64,000 bases of DNA, from the IMG/VR virus record IMGVR_UViG_3300035428_000399, positions 1 to 64,000 of that record; one strand, written 5' to 3'. This document shows positions 46,347-54,939 of this stretch, piece by piece. The translations under genes were made by a program, and so were the position numbers. Within the stretch, counting starts at the first letter, position 1. Each line of letters begins with the position of its first letter. This stretch comes from a virus (lineage: Duplodnaviria > Caudoviricetes). The notes under the pieces were generated by a model that searched no databases, was not told the DNA's origin, and saw nothing but the letters and a program-made list of their open reading frames with translations.

Positions 46347-46979
46347 ATGGAAAAGAAGATTATCAAAGCGATGTACTCAACCATCGTAAGCAAGGACCCC
46401 GTCCGCCCGACCATGACGGGAGTGTTCTTCGACAAAGACTGCTGTGTCGCAACTGACACGCACATTCTTGTGGTATACCACCACGCCAACCCCAAGCACA
46501 CCGGCAAGATCCTCGACGCCGCCGGAGAGGAAATCAAGGGCACATTCCCCAACTACAAGCGTGTGTTCCCGTCAAAGGAACGCATGAACCATTACCACCC
46601 GCGTATAGACCTCGTCCAACTCCAGAAAGCCTGCGCATGGTTTACCCGTCAGCCCGGCTTCACTGACAAGGATGTGGTAGTGATACGCGGAAAGGGTCTC
46701 TCCATCAAGTATCTCTCCACCCTGCTCAATCTCTTCGCTCTTACGCCGGAAATAAAGTCGGCCGAGATATTCCAGACTCCTGAAGCCAACGCCGCCGTCA
46801 TCAAGTCCAAGAACATATCCGCGCTGCTTATGCCCATGATGGTGGAAGAAGCCAAGGTCGACGCGCCCCGTGCCGACGACTGCCCCGTAGTTCTCACTCT
46901 CGAGAACCTCATCAACCAGTTCGTATTCGAGGGTTGGAAGCCCAAGCCAGTGGAAGACCCGATGGCGTGGCTCGACTAA
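46347..46979 (+). CDS. short beta-clamp (DnaN)-like protein
   Basis: SKDPVRPTMTGVFF, VATDTHIL, GTFPNYKRVFP, LLMPM. Confidence 0.65.
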   Translation: MEKKIIKAMYSTIVSKDPVRPTMTGVFFDKDCCVATDTHILVVYHHANPKHTGKILDAAGEEIKGTFPNYKRVFPSKERMNHYHPRIDLVQLQKACAWFTRQPGFTDKDVVVIRGKGLSIKYLSTLLNLFALTPEIKSAEIFQTPEANAAVIKSKNISALLMPMMVEEAKVDAPRADDCPVVLTLENLINQFVFEGWKPKPVEDPMAWLD

Positions 46980-47016
46980 TCAGCAATAGAATCACTCAAA
47001 ATTAAATATCAATAAA

Positions 47017-48849
47017 ATGCAAGTAAGAAATATCGCACTCAGCGAGATTGTTCCCAGCGAACTCAATCCTCGCAAGACGTTCAGCCAGGAAGAACTCGAA
47101 GAACTCGCCCAGAGTATCAAGGAGAACGGCCTCATTCAGCCCATCACTCTCCGCAAAATCGGCAACAAGAAAGACTCCAAGTATGAAATCGTGTGTGGCG
47201 AACGCCGTTTCCGCGCCTGCCAGCTCATCGGAGCCAAGGACATCCAGGCCGTCGTCAAGGAACTCAACGACAAGCAGGCTTTCGCTTGCATGATTATCGA
47301 GAACCTGCAGCGCAAGGACATCGACCCGATGGAAGAAGCCGCCGCCCTTAACCGCCTCTACGCCGAAGGCACCGTAACGGTAGTGGAAATGGCGAAGATG
47401 CTCGGCAAAAGTACAAGTTTCGTTTCGGGTCGCATCCAGCTCCACAATACCATCGAGCCGTTTGTCAAGCTCATGCGCGACGGCGTTCTGGTCCTGACAC
47501 ATCTTCTCGACATCTGCAAGCTGCCCGCTGAGCAACAGCAGACTCTCTACGACTCGTGTTTCACCGAGGCAAGCCGCGAGCGTTGGCCGTACAAATTCCC
47601 CAACATGCCCCAGCTCCACGAAATGATAGACGAGCATGTCATGAACCATCTGTCTACGGCCCGATTCAGTCTTACAGACGACACCCTCGCCGGCGCGTGT
47701 GCCTGCGACAAGTGTCCTCTCAACACCGCCAACAATCCCGACAATGCCCGCGATGTCAGCACTCCGCGTTGCATGAAGCGAGAATGCTTCCTCGCCAAGG
47801 CCCGCGAGTCAATCTTCCGCGAGGCTAAGGAAGCCTCCAAGAACGGCATCAAGATTGTCTTCGCCGGTGATTATGCGGAGAGCGAAGCGCTCCTGCAGGC
47901 CGCAGATGAATATGGTCTGGTCGTTTCGGGTCTCGGCAACCGTCAATATGTGGCGGAGCCGGTAGCTCCTGACCCCGCGCAGTATAAAGACGAAGAAACC
48001 TATGCAATCCGCAAGGCGAACTACGACAAGGTCCGCGCCGTCTTCGACGACAATCTCAAGGACGGCACCATCACCCCGGTCTACGAGATATGCTTCAGCG
48101 GACTTCTCAGTGGCGAAACCAAGTATGTCTACTATGTGCCCGACACTGAGGAAGAGCCGTTTGCCGGCAACAAGCTCGCCGACAACAATCGTCGTATCTC
48201 CGAACTCAAGGTCAAGCTCCACGAAGCCAACGAGCACCGCAAGGAAGAGTTTGTTGAACGTCAGCGCTCGTTCATGGAATCGGCCGAGTATTCCACGCTC
48301 AACACCGACCTCTCACCCGTAGAATCGCTCATTTTCCGTGCGCTCGTCCTCAAGCGTCTGCCCGTGGCATTCAAGGAATCCATCGGCTGTGGCGAAGCCC
48401 AGGCCAAAGACTTCCGCGAAGCCGGCGGATCTGTCGAAAAGAACTTCAACGCCATTGCCCGCGAATTTATTCGCTCAATTCTTTCCGAAAAGAGCGTGAA
48501 CTTCTCGCCTGAATTGGCAGAAATGCTCTCAGCAATCATGGAAGACCGCTACGCTCATAACGTCGATGAGATTGCCAAACAGCTCGACGCACGATATAGC
48601 CAGTCTAAGGCCGGCATTCAGGCCAAGATCGACGAACTCCGCGAGGAGAACGAGAAAGAAATCCAATCGCAAGCCGCTATCAGTCCCGACGCTAAAGCCG
48701 AAGAAGCAACCGAAACCGGCGAAGCCGAGCCGACCGACACAACCGAGGTAGAAGAGGCGGAATCGCCCAGTGTGCCGGACGCACCCGAAGAAGTCGAAGA
48801 AACTCCTGACGCTACAGATGCGGCCGAGGACACCGACAAGGAAGAATAA
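47017..48849 (+). CDS. ParB/Spo0J family protein (PRTRC ParB-like)
   Basis: NPRKTF...LAQSIKENGLIQPI...VCGERRFRA...ENLQRKDI; CACDKCPLNT...RCMKREC; acidic tail. Confidence 0.88.
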   Translation: MQVRNIALSEIVPSELNPRKTFSQEELEELAQSIKENGLIQPITLRKIGNKKDSKYEIVCGERRFRACQLIGAKDIQAVVKELNDKQAFACMIIENLQRKDIDPMEEAAALNRLYAEGTVTVVEMAKMLGKSTSFVSGRIQLHNTIEPFVKLMRDGVLVLTHLLDICKLPAEQQQTLYDSCFTEASRERWPYKFPNMPQLHEMIDEHVMNHLSTARFSLTDDTLAGACACDKCPLNTANNPDNARDVSTPRCMKRECFLAKARESIFREAKEASKNGIKIVFAGDYAESEALLQAADEYGLVVSGLGNRQYVAEPVAPDPAQYKDEETYAIRKANYDKVRAVFDDNLKDGTITPVYEICFSGLLSGETKYVYYVPDTEEEPFAGNKLADNNRRISELKVKLHEANEHRKEEFVERQRSFMESAEYSTLNTDLSPVESLIFRALVLKRLPVAFKESIGCGEAQAKDFREAGGSVEKNFNAIAREFIRSILSEKSVNFSPELAEMLSAIMEDRYAHNVDEIAKQLDARYSQSKAGIQAKIDELREENEKEIQSQAAISPDAKAEEATETGEAEPTDTTEVEEAESPSVPDAPEEVEETPDATDAAEDTDKEE

Positions 48850-48908
48850 ATCATCAATCTCATTCATGGGTGCGGGCACCTCGCTCGCACCATAAACCTA
48901 TTTCAAAA

Positions 48909-49514
48909 ATGAAATTAACATTACAGAAACTGACTCAATGGCACCACAACGAGTTGTACAACATCGCGCTCTCCGGCCCTATGTCTCCAATGTCTGCGGC
49001 GAAAGACTTTGTGTCGAAAGTCTTTGAGGAAGGCAACATGGTTATCACGGGCCTTTTCAGAATCCAAGGCGACGGAGAGACAACCTTCACTACATGGGAG
49101 AACGCTGACATCGAGCCGGTGCAAGTGGACGTAATCTGTTGTATCCTCAACTTCCGGCACATGGCTGTCTTCGGAGAAATCGGGAGTCGCTATATGCCAA
49201 TCGCCCTCATTCTTGATGGCGAAGCGCAGTTCAGCGAACTATACACCACCTACAAATGGGAATCGGCACCGACCATTCAGGAGGTTGCCGATGTCCTCAG
49301 CACAATCAATCTCGCCGAACTCAAGAAGCAATTCGAGGACTATCGGTGGACTGTCAAGGGCCTGCAAGCCGATGATTGGATGCTCGACCAGCCAATGAAA
49401 TCCCAGCTTACAATCCTTGGCGAGAAAATCCCCCGCGACGCCCTAATTAAATGGGATGCCATGAGCCCTCAAGAGAAATATAAAATCTATAAACAATGGA
49501 CGGCGAAGTCATAG
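48909..49514 (+). CDS. hypothetical protein
   Basis: A-rich start, packed. Confidence 0.65.
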   Translation: MKLTLQKLTQWHHNELYNIALSGPMSPMSAAKDFVSKVFEEGNMVITGLFRIQGDGETTFTTWENADIEPVQVDVICCILNFRHMAVFGEIGSRYMPIALILDGEAQFSELYTTYKWESAPTIQEVADVLSTINLAELKKQFEDYRWTVKGLQADDWMLDQPMKSQLTILGEKIPRDALIKWDAMSPQEKYKIYKQWTAKS

Positions 49515-49756
49515 TTCTTCAGGCAGGCGATCCCTAGCTCTCCACGAGCAGCCTGCGTACCGTCGGCATATTCTCCGATGAGGAACACTTCACGGAGTTT
49601 GCCGACAAAATGCTTGAGAAAGGAATTATATCCGATTGGGGCTACAAGAGCCTCACGGGATATTATGGCATGGGCCGGCAGTGCGACATCAAGAATGGCG
49701 CTCTTCTGGTAACGAAAGAACCCGTCAATCCCTCCATTGATTCCGTTGACCTCTAA
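49496..49756 (+). pseudogene. 86-codon ORF with internal TAG at 49535-49537
   Basis: MDGEVIVLQAGDP*LSTSSLRTVGIFSDEEHF...VDL stop; followed by a terminator. Confidence 0.55.
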
Positions 49757-49762
49757 TTGTTC

Positions 49763-49791
49763 GGGGCGTATCCGTTTGGGTGCGCCCCTTT
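49763..49791 (+). terminator. intrinsic terminator
   Basis: GGGGCGTATCC-GTTT-GGGTGCGCCCC-TTT. Confidence 0.7.
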
Positions 49792-49817
49792 GCTTTACTA
49801 TCAATCGCCCGAATAAA

Positions 49818-49909
49818 TTGCAGATTTGATTAAAACAACCTCTCTAAAATTTGCGTATATGATTATATTTGATTACTTTTGTATATGCAAATAAGATGTT
49901 TAATCAAAA
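49818..49909 (+). promoter_or_regulatory. conserved promoter module, copy F
   Basis: TTTG 49850, 20-nt spacer, TACTTTTG 49874-49881, TGCAAATAAG 49886, TAATCAAAA 49901; nearly identical to copy A. Confidence 0.8.
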
Positions 49910-49920
49910 CTCAAAGAACG

Positions 49921-50262
49921 ATGAAACTAAAGAAAATCACTCTCTACTACCGAGAATTGAAAGAATGGCTCGAAATGACAGACTCAGAGCTTGACGGTAA
50001 GAATGTGATAATATTCAAGACCCCGGAAGGTGGTCTGGGAATCCGTGAACAGTGCCACGGTTGGAAAACCGGCGATTGCGTCTGGACCGCAGACGGGCAG
50101 AAGCCCTCTACTGTAATCGCCGTCGCCTCTCACAAGGTCATCGAGAAACTGCTTGAAGTCTTCGGGAGAGCAACCTACATCGTCAACCGATTCATCTGCG
50201 AGGCAGAACGTATGGCTTACCTCGCCGACATGGAAAAGGAATTATTAACCATAGCTGCCTAA
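49921..50262 (+). CDS. hypothetical protein
   Basis: first ORF after copy F. Confidence 0.6.
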   Translation: MKLKKITLYYRELKEWLEMTDSELDGKNVIIFKTPEGGLGIREQCHGWKTGDCVWTADGQKPSTVIAVASHKVIEKLLEVFGRATYIVNRFICEAERMAYLADMEKELLTIAA

Positions 50263-50266
50263 CTTC

Positions 50267-50692
50267 ATGGACGCATCACAAGAAATAAAGATTCTCCAAT
50301 CACTCAAAGGAGACACCTACTTCGCACAGGTATTCAAGCCGGAGACCATCGACGCTATGTGCGAGAACATTCGCAAGGACTTTATGATAGACTGCGGCGT
50401 AGATGTATTCGAGAACTGCCACGCAGCAACCAAAGCAAGAAGCGAGGCGAATATATTAAAAGGACAGCTCGATGAGAGGGATAACGAGGTAGAAGACTTA
50501 CACCAGCAGAAAGATGAAGTGGTGGATTTCTTGATAGAGCAAGCTTGTCTTTCATCTGATTCAACCACGAAGAAGCATCTCTACGAGAAAGCATCCGAAA
50601 TAATTGGTACTAAAGAAGTAATCCGACGCAAAATTAAAGCCGGCCATACTCTTAACAACCACGACTTAGAGTGGCTGGCTCAAAATCTATAA
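50267..50692 (+). CDS. hypothetical protein
   Basis: EIKILQSLKGDTYFAQ; coiled-coil. Confidence 0.65.
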   Translation: MDASQEIKILQSLKGDTYFAQVFKPETIDAMCENIRKDFMIDCGVDVFENCHAATKARSEANILKGQLDERDNEVEDLHQQKDEVVDFLIEQACLSSDSTTKKHLYEKASEIIGTKEVIRRKIKAGHTLNNHDLEWLAQNL

Positions 50693-50697
50693 AGATA

Positions 50698-51030
50698 ATG
50701 AACACCACACCTATATCATTCGCTGACCTCCGCAAGATAGATGTCAGCAACACTGCCGTGATGTTAGCCCTATATATCCCCGAAGATCAGGATTGGGATG
50801 AGGCTAACCGTTACTTCCAAGAAGACACGGGATTTGCCCCAGGCAAGAACCTCACCGGATGCCGACGCATAACTGGCAATATCCTTGGCGACGAGGGCCG
50901 ACATGATTATCTTCTAGAATTCGATCACCCTGAAATTCCGTTCAATCCCATTGCTCGTCTCATGTTCAACGACATCAAGTGGACGGACGACTTTATCAAT
51001 AACTACGCAAAAGACTACGAAGATGATTGA
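50698..51030 (+). CDS. hypothetical protein
   Basis: IKWTDDFINNY motif; packed. Confidence 0.6.
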   Translation: MNTTPISFADLRKIDVSNTAVMLALYIPEDQDWDEANRYFQEDTGFAPGKNLTGCRRITGNILGDEGRHDYLLEFDHPEIPFNPIARLMFNDIKWTDDFINNYAKDYEDD

Positions 51031-51322
51031 CAACGAAGAATATACCCTCGAAGACCTAAAAAAGTCTATGATGAATGAGGCATGTCCTCGAATGAAAGCA
51101 TTCTTCAGTGACCTGCTCGACGATTTTAAAAGATTAGACAATATGAAGATCGGGCAGACTGCACAGTGGTTTTACCGCGTAAATGGCACAGCCCTCAGCA
51201 TTGAGGATCCCGAAGAATTCCAGCGCAACTACAATTTCTGGGAAAGGCAGGTATTCAAAGTATTCACCATTCTCTGCACAGGTAAAGATTCTTTCTCTGT
51301 AATGGAGAACCCAAAGCACTAA
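51023..51322 (+). CDS. hypothetical protein
   Basis: coupled ORF. Confidence 0.55.
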   Translation: MIDNEEYTLEDLKKSMMNEACPRMKAFFSDLLDDFKRLDNMKIGQTAQWFYRVNGTALSIEDPEEFQRNYNFWERQVFKVFTILCTGKDSFSVMENPKH

Positions 51323-51326
51323 AGAC

Positions 51327-51526
51327 ATGGAGACAACCTATTATAATCCAAAGACACAGCAGGTCAACAAAAAAACTATTGAAAAGCCCTGGGCCATCCC
51401 CTCAATTACGAAGAGGAAGAGTACGCAATCTATTATTACGAATCCGGCTACGAAGGTATGCCCCGATTTCGGCTCGGAAAGAATGTCAGACTTCTGCCAG
51501 ATGCTATATGGAGGATAAGACTATGA
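51327..51526 (+). pseudogene. small ORF probably frameshifted at the A4 run 51382-51385
   Basis: METTYYNPK...TIEK continues plausibly as ALGHPLNYEEEEYAIYYYESGYEG...RIRL* if one A is added. Confidence 0.45.
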
Positions 51527-51996
51527 CAAGCGAAGAAAGTTTTGCCCGCTATGAGGCAATCAAAGCCGAAGAATATCCCGACCGCGAGAAAGAACGCGAG
51601 GAATGGAAAGCGGCTTTCGGAGACGCCAAAAGGCGTCAGGAGATAAGCAAGCGATACTCTGCGTGGCGCGATGATAAAGAACGGCGTGAGAACGAAGCCT
51701 TAAAAGCCCTTGTGCCGCGTGTAGGACTGCCGTGTACTGTATATTTCTATACAGACAGACACGCCGCCACAGTAACGCGGATCATTAGCCCCTGCAAGGT
51801 TGCCGTCCGCGACAATCAGGTGGAGTGTATTGATTACCATGCCGGCAGGTATAAGATTCTCCCTGAATTGGAAGGCGGAGAGTACATATTCACGAAGCGT
51901 TCCAACGGCAAGTGGATTATGGAAGGCCACCATTCCAAAGACGGAGTGCGGTTACTCCTGCATTATCAAAGTCATTATATAGACCCGGAATTCTAA
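51523..51996 (+). CDS. conserved phage protein
   Basis: VGLPCTVYFYTDRHAATV...FTKRSNGKW...YIDPEF. Confidence 0.7.
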   Translation: MTSEESFARYEAIKAEEYPDREKEREEWKAAFGDAKRRQEISKRYSAWRDDKERRENEALKALVPRVGLPCTVYFYTDRHAATVTRIISPCKVAVRDNQVECIDYHAGRYKILPELEGGEYIFTKRSNGKWIMEGHHSKDGVRLLLHYQSHYIDPEF

Positions 51997-51997
51997 C

Positions 51998-52264
51998 ATG
52001 GGAAAGTTTATCGCTTATATAATCGAGGACGGTGAGGTAGAATCTCTCGTCGATGATAATGATATAGAGGGTTTCCGTGAACATGTCACGGACGACAGTT
52101 TCCTTGACTATGACAAAGAGGAGTTTGACTCGGAGGAAGAGCGTAGCGGCTTTCTTCGGGGATTCTTCCACGGCTGTGATGAAAGAGCTCCAGCCGGGAA
52201 GGTTGTACTCCTAAGCGACAACGAATATTACGAACCATTCATAGAAATATTAGAGAACCTATAA
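51998..52264 (+). CDS. acidic hypothetical protein
   Basis: packed ORF. Confidence 0.6.
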   Translation: MGKFIAYIIEDGEVESLVDDNDIEGFREHVTDDSFLDYDKEEFDSEEERSGFLRGFFHGCDERAPAGKVVLLSDNEYYEPFIEILENL

Positions 52265-52279
52265 AGAACGCTAAGAATC

Positions 52280-52435
52280 ATGGAAGGAAAATCAGCAACT
52301 CTCAAGGTTCCGTACCTCGGCTACCGAAATATAGTGCTAATAGAGTATTGGCCCACGATGTATAAGTGGGAAGTAGAAATTTGCGGCTCCGGCAAGCATA
52401 TATGGGTCTACGCAGATGAATTTGAATTAGACTGA
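52280..52435 (+). CDS. 51-aa hypothetical protein
   Basis: MEGKSATLKVPYLGYR...EFELD*; below the ORF-track cutoff. Confidence 0.5.
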   Translation: MEGKSATLKVPYLGYRNIVLIEYWPTMYKWEVEICGSGKHIWVYADEFELD

Positions 52436-52447
52436 ACGTTCAAAGGT

Positions 52448-52624
52448 ATGATTGTAAAATCTTACGCCGTCTACTGCGATATTTGCGAAAGACCCCTCGG
52501 TTGCTACTACAACTATAAGCCAACCGCAACAAAACTACGCGCGGAAGGCATCAAGATAGTCATCAACAATGGCAAGGCTCAAACACTTTGTGCCGGGTGC
52601 TACAATAAATTAGAGAAAAAATGA
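52448..52624 (+). CDS. 58-aa zinc-finger-like protein
   Basis: YCDICE...LCAGCY; stop overlaps the next ATG. Confidence 0.55.
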   Translation: MIVKSYAVYCDICERPLGCYYNYKPTATKLRAEGIKIVINNGKAQTLCAGCYNKLEKK

Positions 52625-52911
52625 GACAGATTTATACCCTATGCCATTCTTTTGAAGAGGCGAATGCCCTCGGCCACTTCATCATGTCTAAAGGCTATGA
52701 GGGGGTGCAGAACGACAGTTACCGATACTGCAAAGAAGCCATAAAATGGGCATTAAAAGAAAATGCCCGTCACCATCGTGATTATTGTTTCATCGGTGTA
52801 AATGGAGGTAGACTTGTAGTCGGTCAGAACAAAAAGGCAATGCGTAGGCAGCTATCATTGCATTACATAGAGAAAGAACGAATTTTCAGAGAATTAGTGT
52901 CGCAGATATGA
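52621..52911 (+). CDS. hypothetical protein
   Basis: GYEGVQNDSYRYC motif; coupled. Confidence 0.65.
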   Translation: MRQIYTLCHSFEEANALGHFIMSKGYEGVQNDSYRYCKEAIKWALKENARHHRDYCFIGVNGGRLVVGQNKKAMRRQLSLHYIEKERIFRELVSQI

Positions 52912-53273
52912 AAACTATTCTTACGATAGAGCAATCAGCAGTGCTTACCAAGCATGGGGTGAAAGCAAGCAAGGCGCACGAAATCAAAGTCTACAATGAC
53001 CCAATATCAGAATGGACCCATAAGGGGTGCCCACTATTCACTCTCGCCGATTTGCTCTCGCTCCTGCCGAAAACTATCAATCCCGGACGCTACTACCTTG
53101 ATTTGAGTTACGGCTTCGGTGATTGGACTGCATCGTATATCCTTTGGGATAATTGCGATGAGGGAACCTACATTAGAGACACGCAAGGAGAAAAGACCGC
53201 AGATGAATTAGTGGACGCACTCTATAAGTTACTCCTGTGGGCAATCGAACACAGCCACGTTAAACTTGACTGA
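52908..53273 (+). CDS. conserved phage protein
   Basis: FTLADLLSLLPKTI...ELVDALYKLLLW. Confidence 0.65.
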   Translation: MKTILTIEQSAVLTKHGVKASKAHEIKVYNDPISEWTHKGCPLFTLADLLSLLPKTINPGRYYLDLSYGFGDWTASYILWDNCDEGTYIRDTQGEKTADELVDALYKLLLWAIEHSHVKLD

Positions 53274-53309
53274 TGATGGGAAAGTAAACTAAAATTTATC
53301 TTCAATGTA

Positions 53310-53528
53310 TTGGCGTGCACATTCGCCATGACAATCTTTGTTAGCTTGGTTATGGTGTTGAGTTCAATCGCTATGATATTGCTCCAAAAATTAGGAGGCT
53401 GGATTGGAATAGGTGATATTATTTTCACATTTATCGCTGCGTTCTACATAGTTAAAAAAGTATGGAATGTATTGGCTTGGGGCGTAGACAAACTTGCCCC
53501 CGATCACGAAACCGAAGATACTGAATGA
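53310..53528 (+). CDS. two-helix membrane protein (start uncertain)
   Basis: two hydrophobic segments. Confidence 0.5.
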   Translation: MACTFAMTIFVSLVMVLSSIAMILLQKLGGWIGIGDIIFTFIAAFYIVKKVWNVLAWGVDKLAPDHETEDTE

Positions 53529-53536
53529 CAAAGATA

Positions 53537-53774
53537 GACCAAGTGGCGGAATTGGCAAACGCTATTAAGCAGTAGGCTGATGCTCTAAGCTGAGGACGGT
53601 AGGAAATGACCGTCGGGAGAGTCCGGCGAAAAAGAGACCGGAAGAAAGCGGGTGAACGAAGCGGGAATCCGTGGATACCAAAACCTACAACAGCGGGACG
53701 TATTGATACCGTCCATAAAAGGTATCTAAGTGAGCAGCACAACAGCTTTGCAGGTTCGAGTCCTGCCTTGGTCG
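53537..53774 (+). ncRNA. tRNA-shaped RNA with about 187 nt replacing the anticodon and variable arms
   Basis: acceptor GACCAAG/CTTGGTC, U8, D-arm GCG-GAATTGGCAAA-CGC, T-arm GCAGG-TTCGAGT-CCTGC. Confidence 0.75.
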
Positions 53775-53798
53775 CAAACTTTAAACAATGAAACGACA

Positions 53799-54077
53799 AT
53801 GAGAATAACTGAATTAAAACCCGAATACGTTGACCTCATTCCACCGGTTGCGGATATGAAAGAGGGAGTGCTGTATATCAGCAGACCGTTTATGACAACC
53901 TCGCATCTTTGCGCTTGTGGATGCGGCAACGAAGTCATATTGCCGTATGGTTGTAGAAGGTTCTGGATCCTGACCGAAAGACTGTCGGGCGTTACCATAC
54001 GTCCCTCCGTCGGCAGCTTCAATCTACCGTGCAAGTCGCATTATTACATCACCGACAATAAAATTGAATGGTTATGA
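53799..54077 (+). CDS. DUF6527-like Cys/His protein
   Basis: GVLYIS...HLCACGCG...TIRPSVGSFNLPCKSHYYITDNKIEW. Confidence 0.8.
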   Translation: MRITELKPEYVDLIPPVADMKEGVLYISRPFMTTSHLCACGCGNEVILPYGCRRFWILTERLSGVTIRPSVGSFNLPCKSHYYITDNKIEWL

Positions 54078-54490
54078 ACGAGGATTATGTAAGCTATGAA
54101 TTAGCGGTAAAACTCAAAGCTGCCGGGTTCGATGAGCCGTGCCACTATCATTATGACTGTGATAGGGGGTCTCATATCATAGAGCCGAATTACACCATTA
54201 ATGACGGCGAGGGTTGTAAATACATCACCGCTGACGACCTTTTAGAAGATAATAATGCCTGGCAATATTGCTCTGCGCCAACTTTAGCTCACGCCCAGAA
54301 GTGGCTGCGAGAGAAACATCAAATCAGCGTCCGTGTGAGCTACATTTCCTACCATAAAGTTTGGTTCGCTGATTGGCTTAATCTTGACAGCGGAGAATTT
54401 GACGATACTGACGCAACCTTTGACACTTACGAGGAAGCACTCACTGAGGGTATAAGGTCCGCGCTAGAACAGATAAAGAAAGTAGATTAA
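54074..54490 (+). CDS. conserved phage protein
   Basis: EDYVSYELAVKLKAAGFDEPC...APTLAHAQKWLREK. Confidence 0.7.
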   Translation: MNEDYVSYELAVKLKAAGFDEPCHYHYDCDRGSHIIEPNYTINDGEGCKYITADDLLEDNNAWQYCSAPTLAHAQKWLREKHQISVRVSYISYHKVWFADWLNLDSGEFDDTDATFDTYEEALTEGIRSALEQIKKVD

Positions 54491-54491
54491 T

Positions 54492-54929
54492 ATGGCAGTA
54501 GATATTAGAACACTGAGGATCGGTAGCCATGTGCTTGTCAACAGCGTAAGAGCGACCGTTGAACGTCTGGAAATTCGCAAATGGCAAGATGGCATTCAAC
54601 GTCCGTGGGGATTTTTCCACGGCATAGTAAACGGAACTTACCGCGAGTGCGGAGGTTTCCTTGATATCGATAATGTGATGCCGATTCCAATAACTCCGGA
54701 GTTGTTAGAGGAACTCGGATTTGAGGAAATGTATTGGAGTTACGAAAAGTCATTCGTGAAGCCCCTGCAAGGAAAAGGCTTTGCCGTAATCCAAGACGAA
54801 GACGGCGAGTGGAGAACAAAATATTATCCTTACAAAGGTTGCAGCTACGGCGAAATTCGCGATACCAAATACCTCCATGTGGCAGAATCATTTATAGCCT
54901 TACACGGACTCGAACTTATTACTGATTAA
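54492..54929 (+). CDS. conserved phage protein
   Basis: LRIGSHV...PIPITPELLEELGF...KYLHVAE. Confidence 0.65.
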   Translation: MAVDIRTLRIGSHVLVNSVRATVERLEIRKWQDGIQRPWGFFHGIVNGTYRECGGFLDIDNVMPIPITPELLEELGFEEMYWSYEKSFVKPLQGKGFAVIQDEDGEWRTKYYPYKGCSYGEIRDTKYLHVAESFIALHGLELITD

Positions 54930-54939
54930 AATCATAAAA

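Noticed and set aside
49535-49537. Genome-wide TAG recoding (code 15)
   Set aside because: All large genes are intact in the standard code, and TAG ends plausible ORFs at 6368 and 49514; only one internal TAG was noticed
53537-53776. tmRNA or normal tRNA-Leu call
   Set aside because: No G3:U70 pair, no CCA, no tag ORF ending in Ala, and no 7-nt anticodon loop on a 5-bp stem; I could not recognise group I intron core (P, Q, R, S) sequences
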